DNA of 64,000 nucleotides from Thermoanaerobaculia bacterium (GCA_963719225.1 CAVRAY010000001.1:2784001-2848000); one strand, 5' to 3'; positions 18,447 to 28,113 are shown, counted from the stretch's first letter. Program-made: numbers and translations. Notes: generated by a model not told the origin, from the letters alone.

Positions 18447-19313
18447 GTGACCGACACGCACCGCGACGCCTCCGTGTCGACGCTCGTGTACCGCAGCGAC
18501 GGGAAGGGGACGCGCTGGGAGAAGGACTCCCTCGTCGCCGAGGAGCCGCTCGAGATCCGCTTGCGGGAAGGCGGCGCCGAGCCCGAGCGGTTCGTCGTCA
18601 CGATGCGGACGCCGGGCGACGACGACGACCTCGTCACGGGCCTTCTTTATGGAGAGGGCGTCATCGAGGAGATCGGCGAGATCGTGGCCATCGAGGCGCC
18701 GGACGAGGGAAGCGTCTCGCGCGAGCTCGCGAAGAACGTCCGGGTCGTCACGCTCGCCCCGCGCTCGGGCCGCCGGCGCGCCCGCCGGGCCACGGTCATG
18801 GGCTCGGCCTGCGGAGTCTGCGGCCGCACGTCGGTCGAGGACGTCGCGGCCCTCGCCGCGGCCGCGCGCCGCGGGAAGGAAACGCCCCTCCCCGGCGCGT
18901 CGCCGGACCTGACGATCTCCGCGTCAATCCTCACGTCGCTTCCCGGACTCCTCCGCGCGCAGCAGTCGGTGTTTTCCTCCACGGGCGGCCTCCACGCGGC
19001 GGGCCTCTTCGAGGCGGACGGGACCTTCCTCCTCGCGCGCGAGGACGTAGGGCGCCACAACGCGACCGACAAGGCCGTCGGCGCCCTCCTGAGGAGCCGG
19101 CGGCCGTGCCCGCCGATCCTCCTCGTCTCGGGCCGGCTCGGGTTCGAGATCGCCCAGAAGGCGGCGCTCGCCGGGGCGGTCATCGTGGCCGCCGTGTCGG
19201 CGCCCACAAGCCTCGCGGTCGACCTCGCCGAAGAGACGGGCCTCACGCTCGTCGGCTTCCTGCGCGGCGAGCGCTTCAACGTGTACACGCACCCCGAGCG
19301 CATCTCGAGGTAG
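18447..19313 (+). CDS. fdhD: Formate dehydrogenase accessory sulfurtransferase FdhD
   Basis: EEPLEI, TMRTPG, SACGVCG, TGGLHAA, REDVGRHNA, VSAPTSLA. Confidence 0.93.
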   Translation: MTDTHRDASVSTLVYRSDGKGTRWEKDSLVAEEPLEIRLREGGAEPERFVVTMRTPGDDDDLVTGLLYGEGVIEEIGEIVAIEAPDEGSVSRELAKNVRVVTLAPRSGRRRARRATVMGSACGVCGRTSVEDVAALAAAARRGKETPLPGASPDLTISASILTSLPGLLRAQQSVFSSTGGLHAAGLFEADGTFLLAREDVGRHNATDKAVGALLRSRRPCPPILLVSGRLGFEIAQKAALAGAVIVAAVSAPTSLAVDLAEETGLTLVGFLRGERFNVYTHPERISR

Positions 19314-19330
19314 CTCGGAAGGAAAACGAA

Positions 19331-21331
19331 CTACTTGAGCAGATGGTCCTCGACGAACTTCAGCGTCGCGAGGAACTGGAAGTCCTGGTTGTTCTTCTTG
19401 GAGAAGCCGTGGCCCTCGTTCTTCGCGAGGAGGTACCACACGGGCCCGCCGTTCTTCTTGATCGCCGCGACCATCTGCTCGGCCTCGGTGTACGGCACTC
19501 GGGGGTCGTTGCGCCCCTGGACGATGAACATCGGCTTCGTGATCTTGCCGGCGCTCGTGAGGGGTGACATCGTCAGGAGCTTCTCGCGCATCTTCGGATC
19601 GCGCTCGTCGCCGTACTCGACCCGTCGCAGGTCGCGCCGATAGCTTTCCGTGTGCTCGAGGAACGTCACCCAGTTCGAGATCCCGACGACGTCGAGGGCG
19701 CACCGGAAACGGTCGTTGTAGTGCGTCATCGAGGCGAGCGTCATGTAGCCGCCGTACGACCCCCCCATCACCATGACCCGGCTCTTGTCCAGCGAAGGCT
19801 GCGACGCGATCCAGTCGAGGAGCGCGCCGATGTCCTTCACGGAATCCTCGCGCTTCTCCGCGTTGTCGAGCGTGAGGAACGTCTTGCCGAAGCCGGACGA
19901 GCCGCGCACGTTCGGGTAGATCAGCGCGACGCCGAGCTCGTTCAGGTAGAAGTTGTTCCGGCCGAGAAAGCCGGGCTGGTACTGCCCCTCCGGGCCCCCG
20001 TGGATGCTGACGATCACCGGGCGCGGTCCCGTGAAGGTCGCCGGCGGGCGATAGAGGAATCCCGTGATCGTCCGTCCGTCGAAGCTCTTCCACGAGATCT
20101 TCTCGGGCTCGGAGAGAGCCGCGGCGTCGAGCCCGCCCAGCTCGCTTTCCGTCCAGCGCTCGATCTTCCCGGTCGCACCGGCCGTCACGTCGATCGAATA
20201 CACGTCGGAAGCGGAGCGCGCGGAGGCGAGCGAGAAGGCGAGGTCCTTCCCGTTCGCGTGAAAGCGCACCGCGCCGATCGTCCCGAGCGGGAGCTTCGGG
20301 AGCGCGATCCCCTTTCTCGTGGCCGTGTCGAGGACGTGCAGCGTCTCGACGCCGCCCTCGTTCACGACGAACGCCAGCTTGCCGCCGTCCTCGGAGAGAC
20401 TGAGTGAAGACACGTCCCAGTCGATGCCGGGCGCGAGCACCGTGATCTTCTTCGACGCGAGATCGAGCGACACGAGGCGGTGGAACTCGGCGCCCGAGTC
20501 CGTCGTCGTGTAAACCGATTTGCCGTCCTTGGCGAAGATGGCGCGGCCCCAGGCGACCTTCTCCTTCGATTCAGGCGTCGCGAGGCTCTTCGCGCCCGTT
20601 GCGGCGTCCACGAGCCAGTACCGGCTCTCGTTCGCGGAGACGTACTCGCCCACGAGGAGAGTCTTGTCGTCGGGCGACCAGTCGGAGACTCCCCATCCGC
20701 CACCCGAGACCTCGAGGACCTTCCGCTCGGTCTTCGCGTCGGCCGGGTCGACGACCCAGACGTCGTTGTCCTTCCCGTTCCGGCGCGTCGACTGGTATGC
20801 GAGCCACTTTCCGGAATGCGAGAAGTCGCCGCCCGTGTTGCGGGACTTGCCGTCCGTGAACATCGTGACCTTGCCCGTCTTCTCGTCCCGCCAGAAGAGC
20901 TGGTACCACTCGCCGCCGCCGACGTCCTTGTTGAAGACGAAGCCGTCGCCCGACAGGGGGCGGAACCGCGCGCCGCCCGTGCGCTCGGGATAAAAGGTGA
21001 GCTGCGTGCGCGCTCCGCCGGGGAACTTCACGCGGTGGACCTGCGCGACGTCCGCGAAGCGCGTCCCGATGAGCATCTCGCGGCGCACGGGATGCCAGGC
21101 TTCGAACACAGCGCCCCGCGACTCGGTCCAGGGCGCGACGCGCTCGGCGAGCGCTTTCGGGATGGGCGGCAAGCCGTCGGCGACGAGGTTCTCGTTCGGG
21201 GGGACGAGGGCTTCGTCGCCCATCGCCCGAAGGCAAGGCACGAAGAGCACCAGGAAAAGGGAAATTCTGCTTAGAAAGAGAAAGACGGGGGCCGTTGCTC
21301 TCCCGCTGCTCATACTTTCGTTCAAACGCAT
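19331..21331 (-). CDS. S9 family (acylaminoacyl/dipeptidyl) peptidase
   Basis: Beta-propeller repeats; HGGPE, GGSYGG nucleophile, NDPRVP, EGHGF; exact start uncertain because the N-terminus overlaps a repeat element. Confidence 0.9.
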   Translation of the reverse strand: MRLNESMSSGRATAPVFLFLSRISLFLVLFVPCLRAMGDEALVPPNENLVADGLPPIPKALAERVAPWTESRGAVFEAWHPVRREMLIGTRFADVAQVHRVKFPGGARTQLTFYPERTGGARFRPLSGDGFVFNKDVGGGEWYQLFWRDEKTGKVTMFTDGKSRNTGGDFSHSGKWLAYQSTRRNGKDNDVWVVDPADAKTERKVLEVSGGGWGVSDWSPDDKTLLVGEYVSANESRYWLVDAATGAKSLATPESKEKVAWGRAIFAKDGKSVYTTTDSGAEFHRLVSLDLASKKITVLAPGIDWDVSSLSLSEDGGKLAFVVNEGGVETLHVLDTATRKGIALPKLPLGTIGAVRFHANGKDLAFSLASARSASDVYSIDVTAGATGKIERWTESELGGLDAAALSEPEKISWKSFDGRTITGFLYRPPATFTGPRPVIVSIHGGPEGQYQPGFLGRNNFYLNELGVALIYPNVRGSSGFGKTFLTLDNAEKREDSVKDIGALLDWIASQPSLDKSRVMVMGGSYGGYMTLASMTHYNDRFRCALDVVGISNWVTFLEHTESYRRDLRRVEYGDERDPKMREKLLTMSPLTSAGKITKPMFIVQGRNDPRVPYTEAEQMVAAIKKNGGPVWYLLAKNEGHGFSKKNNQDFQFLATLKFVEDHLLK

Positions 21332-21357
21332 TGCTCATACCTCTTTTCGAAGAAAAT
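21265..21357. repeat. Degenerate palindromic element over the S9 peptidase start
   Basis: TTCTGCTTAGAAAGAG...CTCTTTTCGAAGAAAAT; internal direct repeat TGCTCATAC x2. Confidence 0.55.
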
Positions 21358-21372
21358 CCCGGTTCTTCTCTT

Positions 21373-23463
21373 CTACTTCCACGGCTCGATCTTCTCGATG
21401 ACCAGACTCTCGCCGAGGACGTTCGCTTTTTCGCCGACCGTCTTTCCGAGCAGCGCTTTCCCCAGGTCCGACAGATAGGAGTAGATCCCCTCTTCGGGCT
21501 TCGAGTCCCAGGGGCCGAGGAGGGTGACGGTCTTCCCGCCGGTCGCGCCCTTCAGGGTTACCCGCGCGCCCGGCCTCACCTCGGTCGTGTCCACGGTCGC
21601 GGAGTCGAGGGCGCGCGCCTTCAACAGCTCCTCCTGGATCTTGCCAGCGCGCGCGGACAGGAGCTGCTGCTTGTCGCGGCGCGCCTTGTATTCGAAGTTC
21701 TCCGTGAGGTCGCCTTCCGCGGCCGCGATCGTGATTCCCTTCGTGTTCTCGGGGATCTCGACCTTGAGGATGTTCTCCAGCTCCTTGCGTTTGGCCTCGA
21801 TGGCCGGCGCCGTGACGAAGAAGGTGTCGTCCTCGGTCCGCCTGAGATCGGGAAAGCGCATCTCGGCGGCGGCGACGAGCCCGTCGCGCCGGTGCGGCTC
21901 GAGCTCGTGGTGGCGCGAGAGGGCCTCGAGGAAGAGGCGCGCGTCCTCGACGGTGGCCTGCTTCACGAGCCAGCCGGCGACGAGGCCCGTCCGGTCGAAC
22001 ATCTCCCGGACCTTCGAGCGCGCGGCTCCCAGCTCGTCCCACGTGAGCGCGTCGAGAAGGCGCGCGAGAACGGCCGGGTTGAGACGCGCGCGGAAGGAAT
22101 CGTCCTCGACCGAGCGCTGGACGAGCCAGATGAACGCACGCGGCCCGACGCGGGGCGACTTGACGAGCTTCTCGAGGGTCCGCTCGCGCGTGGACGGCTC
22201 GATCTCGGCGAGGCGCCGGTCGATTGCCTCGAGCGTGCGCACGTCCTCCTCCTTGAAGAACCAGTCGGCGAGGATCGCGGGTGCCTCCGCCGGCCGCTCC
22301 TTGACGACGATCTCCAGGGCCCGCTCGCGCATCACCCGGTCCCCCAGGCGCGGGAGCAGCGCCAGCGGCTGCGCGAGGACGTGCCTCTCGATCGCGCCCG
22401 CGAGAGAGACGCCGGGAATCTTCTCGACGAGAACCGCGATCTCGAAGGCGAGGGCGGGATCGCGATCCTCGAGCGCCTCGGCTTCCTTCGCGAGAGTCCT
22501 GGCCATGGCCGTCGCGAGGTCGGCCGAGCGCTTCTGGTTCTTGCGAAAAAGGTCGACCTGGTCCCGCAGAGAGGCCCTCTCGAAGCGCGCGAGGAGCGAG
22601 GCGTCCGCGGCGTCCGCCGAGTGCGACCATTCCACGGTCGCCGTCTTTCCGCTGCCGTGCACGACGGCCTGCGGGTTCTTGCGCGCCGCGGTCCACCACG
22701 AGGTCCACGCCTCTTCGGGGATCAGCCCCTTCACGGCTTCCTTCACCTCGGCCATCGTCAACGGCCTGCTGAAGGACTCGACGAGGTGCTTGAGGGCGAG
22801 GCCGGGGTCCGCGAGGACCCGCTTCCTCAGGGACTCGGGAGAGGTCAGCTTCTCGAAGAGGAAATGTCCCTCCTGGAGCGGAACGAGATTCTTCGACGCG
22901 ACACCGATCGGAATGGCGATCCCCTTCGCCGCTTCGAAGTCCATCCGCACGGAATCGAGGGCGAAGTTCGTCTCGACGACCACCCCCGCTCCGCGGCCCG
23001 CCATCGAAAAGACCCGGCCGACCTCGAACGGCAGCCATTTCTCGGCCTTCTCGGCACGCGTGAGACCGTCCGCGGGATCCTTTGCCTCCCGGAACTTGAA
23101 GCGCCCGAGAAGGGCCTGGAGCGAAGGGCGGGACGGCCATGCGGCGGCCAGGGCTTCCTCGAAGAGCTTGTGAAAGCCGTCGGGTGTCGAGGGGGTCGCC
23201 CCCGCGCGGACCGCCTCCTTCAGGATCGTCCAGCGAAGGCGCGCCGCGACCGGATCGGACGACCTTCTCTTCAGCTCGGCCTCGGCCATCCCCGCGACGG
23301 CCTGTACGCGTGCCTTCTGCCCGGCCCGCGCGAGGCCGCGCACCGCGGCGAGCAGGGTCTCGGACTTCCCGACGGGGTCGGAGAGCGCGTCCAGGAAGGC
23401 GGTTTCGACGAGATCGAAGCGTTTTTCGGAGAGCAGGCTCTGAAGAGGGGCGCCGTTCGTCAA
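21373..23463 (-). CDS. Long GreA/GreB family protein with ~520-aa N-terminal extension
   Basis: C-terminal EIPENTKGITIAAAEGDLTENFEYKAR and LLGPWDS...ISYLSDLGKALLGK-like GreA motifs. Confidence 0.85.
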   Translation of the reverse strand: MTNGAPLQSLLSEKRFDLVETAFLDALSDPVGKSETLLAAVRGLARAGQKARVQAVAGMAEAELKRRSSDPVAARLRWTILKEAVRAGATPSTPDGFHKLFEEALAAAWPSRPSLQALLGRFKFREAKDPADGLTRAEKAEKWLPFEVGRVFSMAGRGAGVVVETNFALDSVRMDFEAAKGIAIPIGVASKNLVPLQEGHFLFEKLTSPESLRKRVLADPGLALKHLVESFSRPLTMAEVKEAVKGLIPEEAWTSWWTAARKNPQAVVHGSGKTATVEWSHSADAADASLLARFERASLRDQVDLFRKNQKRSADLATAMARTLAKEAEALEDRDPALAFEIAVLVEKIPGVSLAGAIERHVLAQPLALLPRLGDRVMRERALEIVVKERPAEAPAILADWFFKEEDVRTLEAIDRRLAEIEPSTRERTLEKLVKSPRVGPRAFIWLVQRSVEDDSFRARLNPAVLARLLDALTWDELGAARSKVREMFDRTGLVAGWLVKQATVEDARLFLEALSRHHELEPHRRDGLVAAAEMRFPDLRRTEDDTFFVTAPAIEAKRKELENILKVEIPENTKGITIAAAEGDLTENFEYKARRDKQQLLSARAGKIQEELLKARALDSATVDTTEVRPGARVTLKGATGGKTVTLLGPWDSKPEEGIYSYLSDLGKALLGKTVGEKANVLGESLVIEKIEPWK

Positions 23464-24029
23464 CCCAGCATTCCCTTCTTCAGATCCTCGGACGGCGGCT
23501 TCGGCCCGAGCCAGAGCAGGAAGACGACGTCGGCGAAGTCCTTGCCCTCGAACGTCCCGAGCTCCTTGTCGCCGGCGAAGAAGGTCGTGCCTTTCCCGGG
23601 CACGTAGACGAACGACAGCGTCGCGCCTTCCTTCACGTCCGGCACGAGTGCGAGCATCTTGTCGAGTGCCGCTTTGTGGGCCGCTGCCTTCTCCTTCGCG
23701 TTGGCCTCGAATCCCTCGGAGAAAGCCTCGGTGAGCTGTGATTTCTTGAGGTCGCGGAGGAAGTGCATGCGCACCGCCTTCGGAGCATCGGCGGCGACGA
23801 TTCCCGCGGCGTCCTTCGAAGGGGTTTCGAGGTAGAGGCCGCCCACGTAGACCTTGAAGATGGCCTTCTTGCGCAGGCCGAGCCCGTTCAGCTTGAGCGT
23901 CTTGTCGCCCGCCGAAAGCGTGTCCGGCAGGGTGACGCCCGCCATGTCGCGGGCGAGAGCGGGGCGGTCGGCCAGGAAGAGGCCCGAGAGAGCGAAGACC
24001 CCGAGTGAGAGAGACGAAATGCGTTTCAT
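23460..24029 (-). CDS. Chalcone isomerase-like secreted protein
   Basis: Signal peptide; LKLNGLGLRKKAIFKVYVGGLYL...WLGPKPPSEDLKKGMLG; AGGAGG RBS. Confidence 0.88.
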   Translation of the reverse strand: MKRISSLSLGVFALSGLFLADRPALARDMAGVTLPDTLSAGDKTLKLNGLGLRKKAIFKVYVGGLYLETPSKDAAGIVAADAPKAVRMHFLRDLKKSQLTEAFSEGFEANAKEKAAAHKAALDKMLALVPDVKEGATLSFVYVPGKGTTFFAGDKELGTFEGKDFADVVFLLWLGPKPPSEDLKKGMLG

Positions 24030-24114
24030 CGAATCCTCCTGCGAGGGATGGATTCTACGGGCACGGGAGGCCATTTCGAAGGCCGGGACACGATTCCTCG
24101 ATGAGAATGCGGCC

Positions 24115-25029
24115 GTGGGTGCGCTGCTCCTTCTCGGAATCTCCGCGCTCGCGGCGTCGGGCGCGTTCAGCACGGGCACGTCGACCGGGCGGATCAGGAT
24201 CGTGGATGCCGACGAGGCCGCGGGCTTTCCGGAAGTCGTCGTTCTCGACGCGCGCTCCGCGAAGGATTTCGCGGCCGGTCACGTCCCGGGAGCGCAGCGC
24301 GTCGACTGGCGCGAGTGGACGCTCGAGAAGCCGGGCACGCTGAACGCCTTCTTCGGAAATCCCGCCCGCTGGGGCCGGGTCCCGAACGCGGACGCGGTTC
24401 TTCAGAAGCGTCTCTCGGACCTCGGGCTCTCGAACGCGCGCCCCGTTCTCGTCGTCGGGGCGCCCGGGGGCTGGGGCGAGGAAGGCCGCGTCGCCTGGAA
24501 TCTGCTCTATTGGGGGGCGGAAGAAGTCCGGCTCCTCGACGGCGGCTTCCCCGCGTGGCGAAAGAATCCCGCGAGGCCGGTCGAGGTCGGCGCGGCGCGC
24601 CGCGTCGCGCCCGGAAATTTCGTCCTCGACGTCCGCCCCCAGCGACGGATCGAGGCGAAGAAGCTGAAGGCGGCTGCGGACGCGAAGGCCACGGCGCTTC
24701 TCGACGCGCGCACCCCGGCGGAGTTCGCGGGGAAGAGGATGGCCGGGCAGAAGCGCGGCGGCCACATCCCGGGCGCACGTCTCGTCCCCGCGAAGAGCCT
24801 GTATGCCGCCGACGGCCGGTACGTCGATGCCGAAGAGCTGAAGCGCCTCGCGGGAATCGGCCCGGACTCGACGAGCCCCCGAGCAAGACCGATCACGTAT
24901 TGCACCGGCGGCGTGCGCTCGGCCCTCCTCGCCGTCCTTCTCGAAGCGCGCCTCGGCGTCGTCTCGGCAAATTACGACGGATCGCTCTGGGAGTGGTCGG
25001 CCGATCCTTCGCTGCCGCTCGTCAAGTAG
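24115..25029 (+). CDS. Tandem-domain rhodanese/sulfurtransferase with signal peptide
   Basis: LDARS..F..GHVPGA, LLDGG, GHIPGA, YCTGGVRS, NYDGSLWEW; start uncertain. Confidence 0.88.
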   Translation: MGALLLLGISALAASGAFSTGTSTGRIRIVDADEAAGFPEVVVLDARSAKDFAAGHVPGAQRVDWREWTLEKPGTLNAFFGNPARWGRVPNADAVLQKRLSDLGLSNARPVLVVGAPGGWGEEGRVAWNLLYWGAEEVRLLDGGFPAWRKNPARPVEVGAARRVAPGNFVLDVRPQRRIEAKKLKAAADAKATALLDARTPAEFAGKRMAGQKRGGHIPGARLVPAKSLYAADGRYVDAEELKRLAGIGPDSTSPRARPITYCTGGVRSALLAVLLEARLGVVSANYDGSLWEWSADPSLPLVK

Positions 25030-25112
25030 AAGAGAACAAGAGATTTCTGCTTCCCTCTCGGATCGTTTCGGCGGTGTGCGACGTGCTACAGCGAAGCGAA
25101 GGCACGGTTGTT

Positions 25113-25204
25113 TTTTCTTAGAAGGTGAAAGAATCACGGGCGCCGCCGAAGCCAAGGAGGAGGCCCGATGCGCAACCCCGGGTCCCATTCACTTTCTAAG
25201 AAAA
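25113..25204. repeat. Palindromic element with 17-bp inverted ends enclosing an RBS and start codon
   Basis: TTTTCTTAGAAGGTGAA...TTCACTTTCTAAGAAAA (16/17 complementary). Confidence 0.8.
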
Positions 25205-25929
25205 GAACATCGAAAAGTCCTGCTAAGAGTCGCCCGGCTATAAGTCGGGCTCCCCGGCCTGCTCCGAAAGCAAAGAAACCTTCGTCTTCTCCCGCCCCGA
25301 CTCTCACCGTCTCCTTCGTCTCCATCGAGGTGATGCACAACGGCTGGCCCGGTGAAGGCGTTCGCGCGACGGATCTTTCGCTCGTCCTTCAGCTCGAGGA
25401 TCCCGATCCCGCCGTAGCCGGCGAAAAAGCCGCGCTCGCCTCCGCGCACCTTCCGTTCTCGGCATCCTCGGGGCAGACGGTCACCGCGGCGCAGCTGCCG
25501 CCCGATCAGAATGGAAACCCGCTCTTCGGCGGAGCCGTGAAGCTTTCGAGCCACGTGAACCTCCACGCGCGCCTCTTCGTGGAGCGCACGAACGCGGTCG
25601 GCCCGATCCTGGGAGCAGCCCTGAATACCGTGATCGGGCAGTTCCTGGGCCGCATTCCGCTCCTCGCGACGCCGGCGCGGGAAGTCCTCCACGTCCAGAT
25701 CGGAAAAGTGATCGCGACCGAGCTCGCGCGCGCGACGGCGATCGTGCCCGTGGACGCGACGTTCCGCGGGTCCCATCCCGTCACGCTCGCACTCGTGGCT
25801 CCGGTGACGATTCCCGGCATTTACGCTCCGCCGGGGAGCCCCGAGGGCTACAAGAAGGGCGTCATCTCGACGGAGGGAGACCTTACGGCCCTCCTCCACC
25901 TCACGCTCGACCTGGAGCTCGCGGGCTGA
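25168..25929 (+). CDS. Hypothetical protein
   Basis: AAGGAGGAGG RBS; basic disordered N-terminus followed by a globular-looking region. Confidence 0.65.
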   Translation: MRNPGSHSLSKKRTSKSPAKSRPAISRAPRPAPKAKKPSSSPAPTLTVSFVSIEVMHNGWPGEGVRATDLSLVLQLEDPDPAVAGEKAALASAHLPFSASSGQTVTAAQLPPDQNGNPLFGGAVKLSSHVNLHARLFVERTNAVGPILGAALNTVIGQFLGRIPLLATPAREVLHVQIGKVIATELARATAIVPVDATFRGSHPVTLALVAPVTIPGIYAPPGSPEGYKKGVISTEGDLTALLHLTLDLELAG

Positions 25930-25965
25930 GGCGGCTCGCACGGCGCCTTCCAGCCCTGCATCTCG

Positions 25966-26514
25966 ATGCGCAGCTTTCTCGCGGGCGCGGTCCTCGCCAC
26001 TTCCGGGGACATCACGCGGCAAAACGTCGACGCCATCGTGAACGCCGCGAACAGCTCCCTCCTGGGCGGGGGCGGCGTGGACGGGGCCATCCATCGCGCG
26101 GGCGGGCCGGCCATCCTATCGGCCTGCCAGGAGCTGAGGCGCACGGTGTGGCCTTCCGGGCTTCCCACCGGAGAGACGGTCATGACGCCCGGCGGCGACC
26201 TTCCCGCCAGATTCGTGATTCACACTGTTGGACCGGTCTATGGATCACATTCGGGAAACGAGGCGGCCCTTCTCGCTTCCTGCTATCGGAAGTCGCTCTT
26301 TCTCGCGGAGGAGCACGGTCTCCATACCATTGCGTTTCCGGCGATCTCGACAGGCATCTACGGCTTTCCGCGCCCGGAAGCCGCCGAGGTCGCGTCCTCG
26401 GCGATCGCCTCGACACTCGCGGAGCTCCCGCGGATTCGCGAGGTCCGGCTCGTTTTCTTTTCGCCCCGGGATCTCGAGGTGTTCCTTGAGAACGAGAAGT
26501 TCGGCGCGGCCTGA
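25966..26514 (+). CDS. Macro domain O-acetyl-ADP-ribose deacetylase (YmdB-like)
   Basis: GDIT, VNAANSSLLGGGGVDGAIH, IHTVGP, AISTGIYGFP. Confidence 0.93.
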   Translation: MRSFLAGAVLATSGDITRQNVDAIVNAANSSLLGGGGVDGAIHRAGGPAILSACQELRRTVWPSGLPTGETVMTPGGDLPARFVIHTVGPVYGSHSGNEAALLASCYRKSLFLAEEHGLHTIAFPAISTGIYGFPRPEAAEVASSAIASTLAELPRIREVRLVFFSPRDLEVFLENEKFGAA

Positions 26515-26556
26515 CGTCTCGCTCGATCCCCTCACGTCGCTTGATATCGTCGGGCC

Positions 26557-27024
26557 GTGGGGACGAGCGTTCCAGCCGGGTTGGAGATCCGGCCCGCAGC
26601 TCGGGACGACGCGAACGTGATCTCGGAGCTTCTGACGGAGCTCGGTCATCCCCTCGAGCCGGTCCTCGCCCGAACGCAATTGGAACGGATTCAGGCCCTC
26701 GCCCCGAACCACGCCGTCTTCGTCGCGGTTGTGGATGGAACGGTCGTCGGGCTCGTCTCCGCATTCTCGACGCCGGTTCTCCACCGGGCTCTGCCCGTGG
26801 GACGCGTCAGCGTTCTCGTCGTGGCCCGAGCGCACACGGGAAAGGGAGTCGGCTCCGTGCTTCTTCGCCATGCCGAGCAATTCCTGGCCGCGCTCGGCTG
26901 CTGCCGCATCGAGGTGACGAGCGCGTCGCACCGCGAGGCGGCGCATCGCTTCTACCGCGAACGGGGATACGCGCAGCAGGGTGTCAAGTTCACGCGCGAC
27001 ATCCCGGAAATGACGACGCCATGA
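26557..27024 (+). CDS. GNAT family N-acetyltransferase
   Basis: LVV...GKGVGSVLL motif A; AHRFYRERGY. Confidence 0.85.
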   Translation: MGTSVPAGLEIRPAARDDANVISELLTELGHPLEPVLARTQLERIQALAPNHAVFVAVVDGTVVGLVSAFSTPVLHRALPVGRVSVLVVARAHTGKGVGSVLLRHAEQFLAALGCCRIEVTSASHREAAHRFYRERGYAQQGVKFTRDIPEMTTP

Positions 27025-27626
27025 CGCAGACGAATCGCGGCAATTTCCTCGTCGCGGCCTACGAGACCGAGCGGCTGAAGACGTTGAGCGTGTGGTCTTG
27101 CTTCGGCGACTCGGATCTCGGCTTCCAGCCGGCGCCGAGGTCTCGCACGCCGCTCGAGCACATGGTTCACCAGTGCGTGTCGGAAGACACCTGGATGAAG
27201 AACATGCTCGGCATCGAGGTAACGCTTCCCGCGCTGCCCGCGCGCGAGGACCGCCTCGGCTTCCTACACCACTACGCCGAGGCGTCCGGGAAACGGCGCG
27301 AGATTCTCGCGACGAAAACCCCAGACTGGTGGGACACGGAGACGAAGTTCTTCGACGTGGAGGAGACGCGCTCGTGGGTGTTCCTCCGGCGGCTGACGCA
27401 CTCGTCGCACCATCGCGGCCAGCTCACCGTCTACTTGCGTCTCCTGGGCCGCCCGCTCTACTCGACGTACGGGCCGACGGCCGACACGGGCGGGCTTTTT
27501 CTCAACAAGGCCCCGACGCTCTACCGTTACCGCTCGCTCGAGCACCTGCTCGCCGCCGAAGACGCCGGCGGCGAGTGGCCGGAGCTGCCCGGCCCGGGTG
27601 AAAAACCGCCCACGGAGAGGCCATGA
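27021..27626 (+). CDS. DinB/YfiT family protein
   Basis: HQCVSED, HSSHHRGQLTVYLR...YGPTAD. Confidence 0.88.
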   Translation: MTQTNRGNFLVAAYETERLKTLSVWSCFGDSDLGFQPAPRSRTPLEHMVHQCVSEDTWMKNMLGIEVTLPALPAREDRLGFLHHYAEASGKRREILATKTPDWWDTETKFFDVEETRSWVFLRRLTHSSHHRGQLTVYLRLLGRPLYSTYGPTADTGGLFLNKAPTLYRYRSLEHLLAAEDAGGEWPELPGPGEKPPTERP

Positions 27627-28096
27627 AACTTCGAGCCGCGGTCCTGTCCCTCGCGATCGCCGCAAACGCCGCGGGATCGCCCGCAGACCCGCCCGCGCCG
27701 CAGTTCTTTCCCTCTCCCGATCCCGCGCTCAAAGCCCTTCCTTTCTCGGAGGCCGTGCGGACCGGCGACCTGCTCTTCGTCTCCGGTCAGATCGGGAACG
27801 CGCCCGGCACGCTCGACCTCGTTCCGGGTGGGATCGACGCGGAGGGCCGGCGGGCTCTCGAGAACATGCGGGCGATCCTCGAACGGCACGGCTCCTCGCT
27901 GGACCGTGTCGTGAAGTGCACGGTATTTCTGGCCGACATGCGCGAGTGGCCGGCCTTCAACGAGGTGTACCGGCGCTTCTTCACGCACGGCCTTCCCGCG
28001 CGCAGCGCTCTCGGCGCGAGCGGCCTCGCCCGGGGCGCGCGCGTGGAGATCGAGTGCGTGGCTTCGGTCGGCCCCCGCAGGCCTAAGGCGCGCTGA
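27623..28096 (+). CDS. RidA/YjgF family protein with N-terminal signal peptide
   Basis: PFSEAV, FVSGQIG, VVKCTVFL, PARS, VEIE. Confidence 0.88.
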   Translation: MKLRAAVLSLAIAANAAGSPADPPAPQFFPSPDPALKALPFSEAVRTGDLLFVSGQIGNAPGTLDLVPGGIDAEGRRALENMRAILERHGSSLDRVVKCTVFLADMREWPAFNEVYRRFFTHGLPARSALGASGLARGARVEIECVASVGPRRPKAR

Positions 28097-28113
28097 AGGC
28101 GAGGCTTTCCTAG

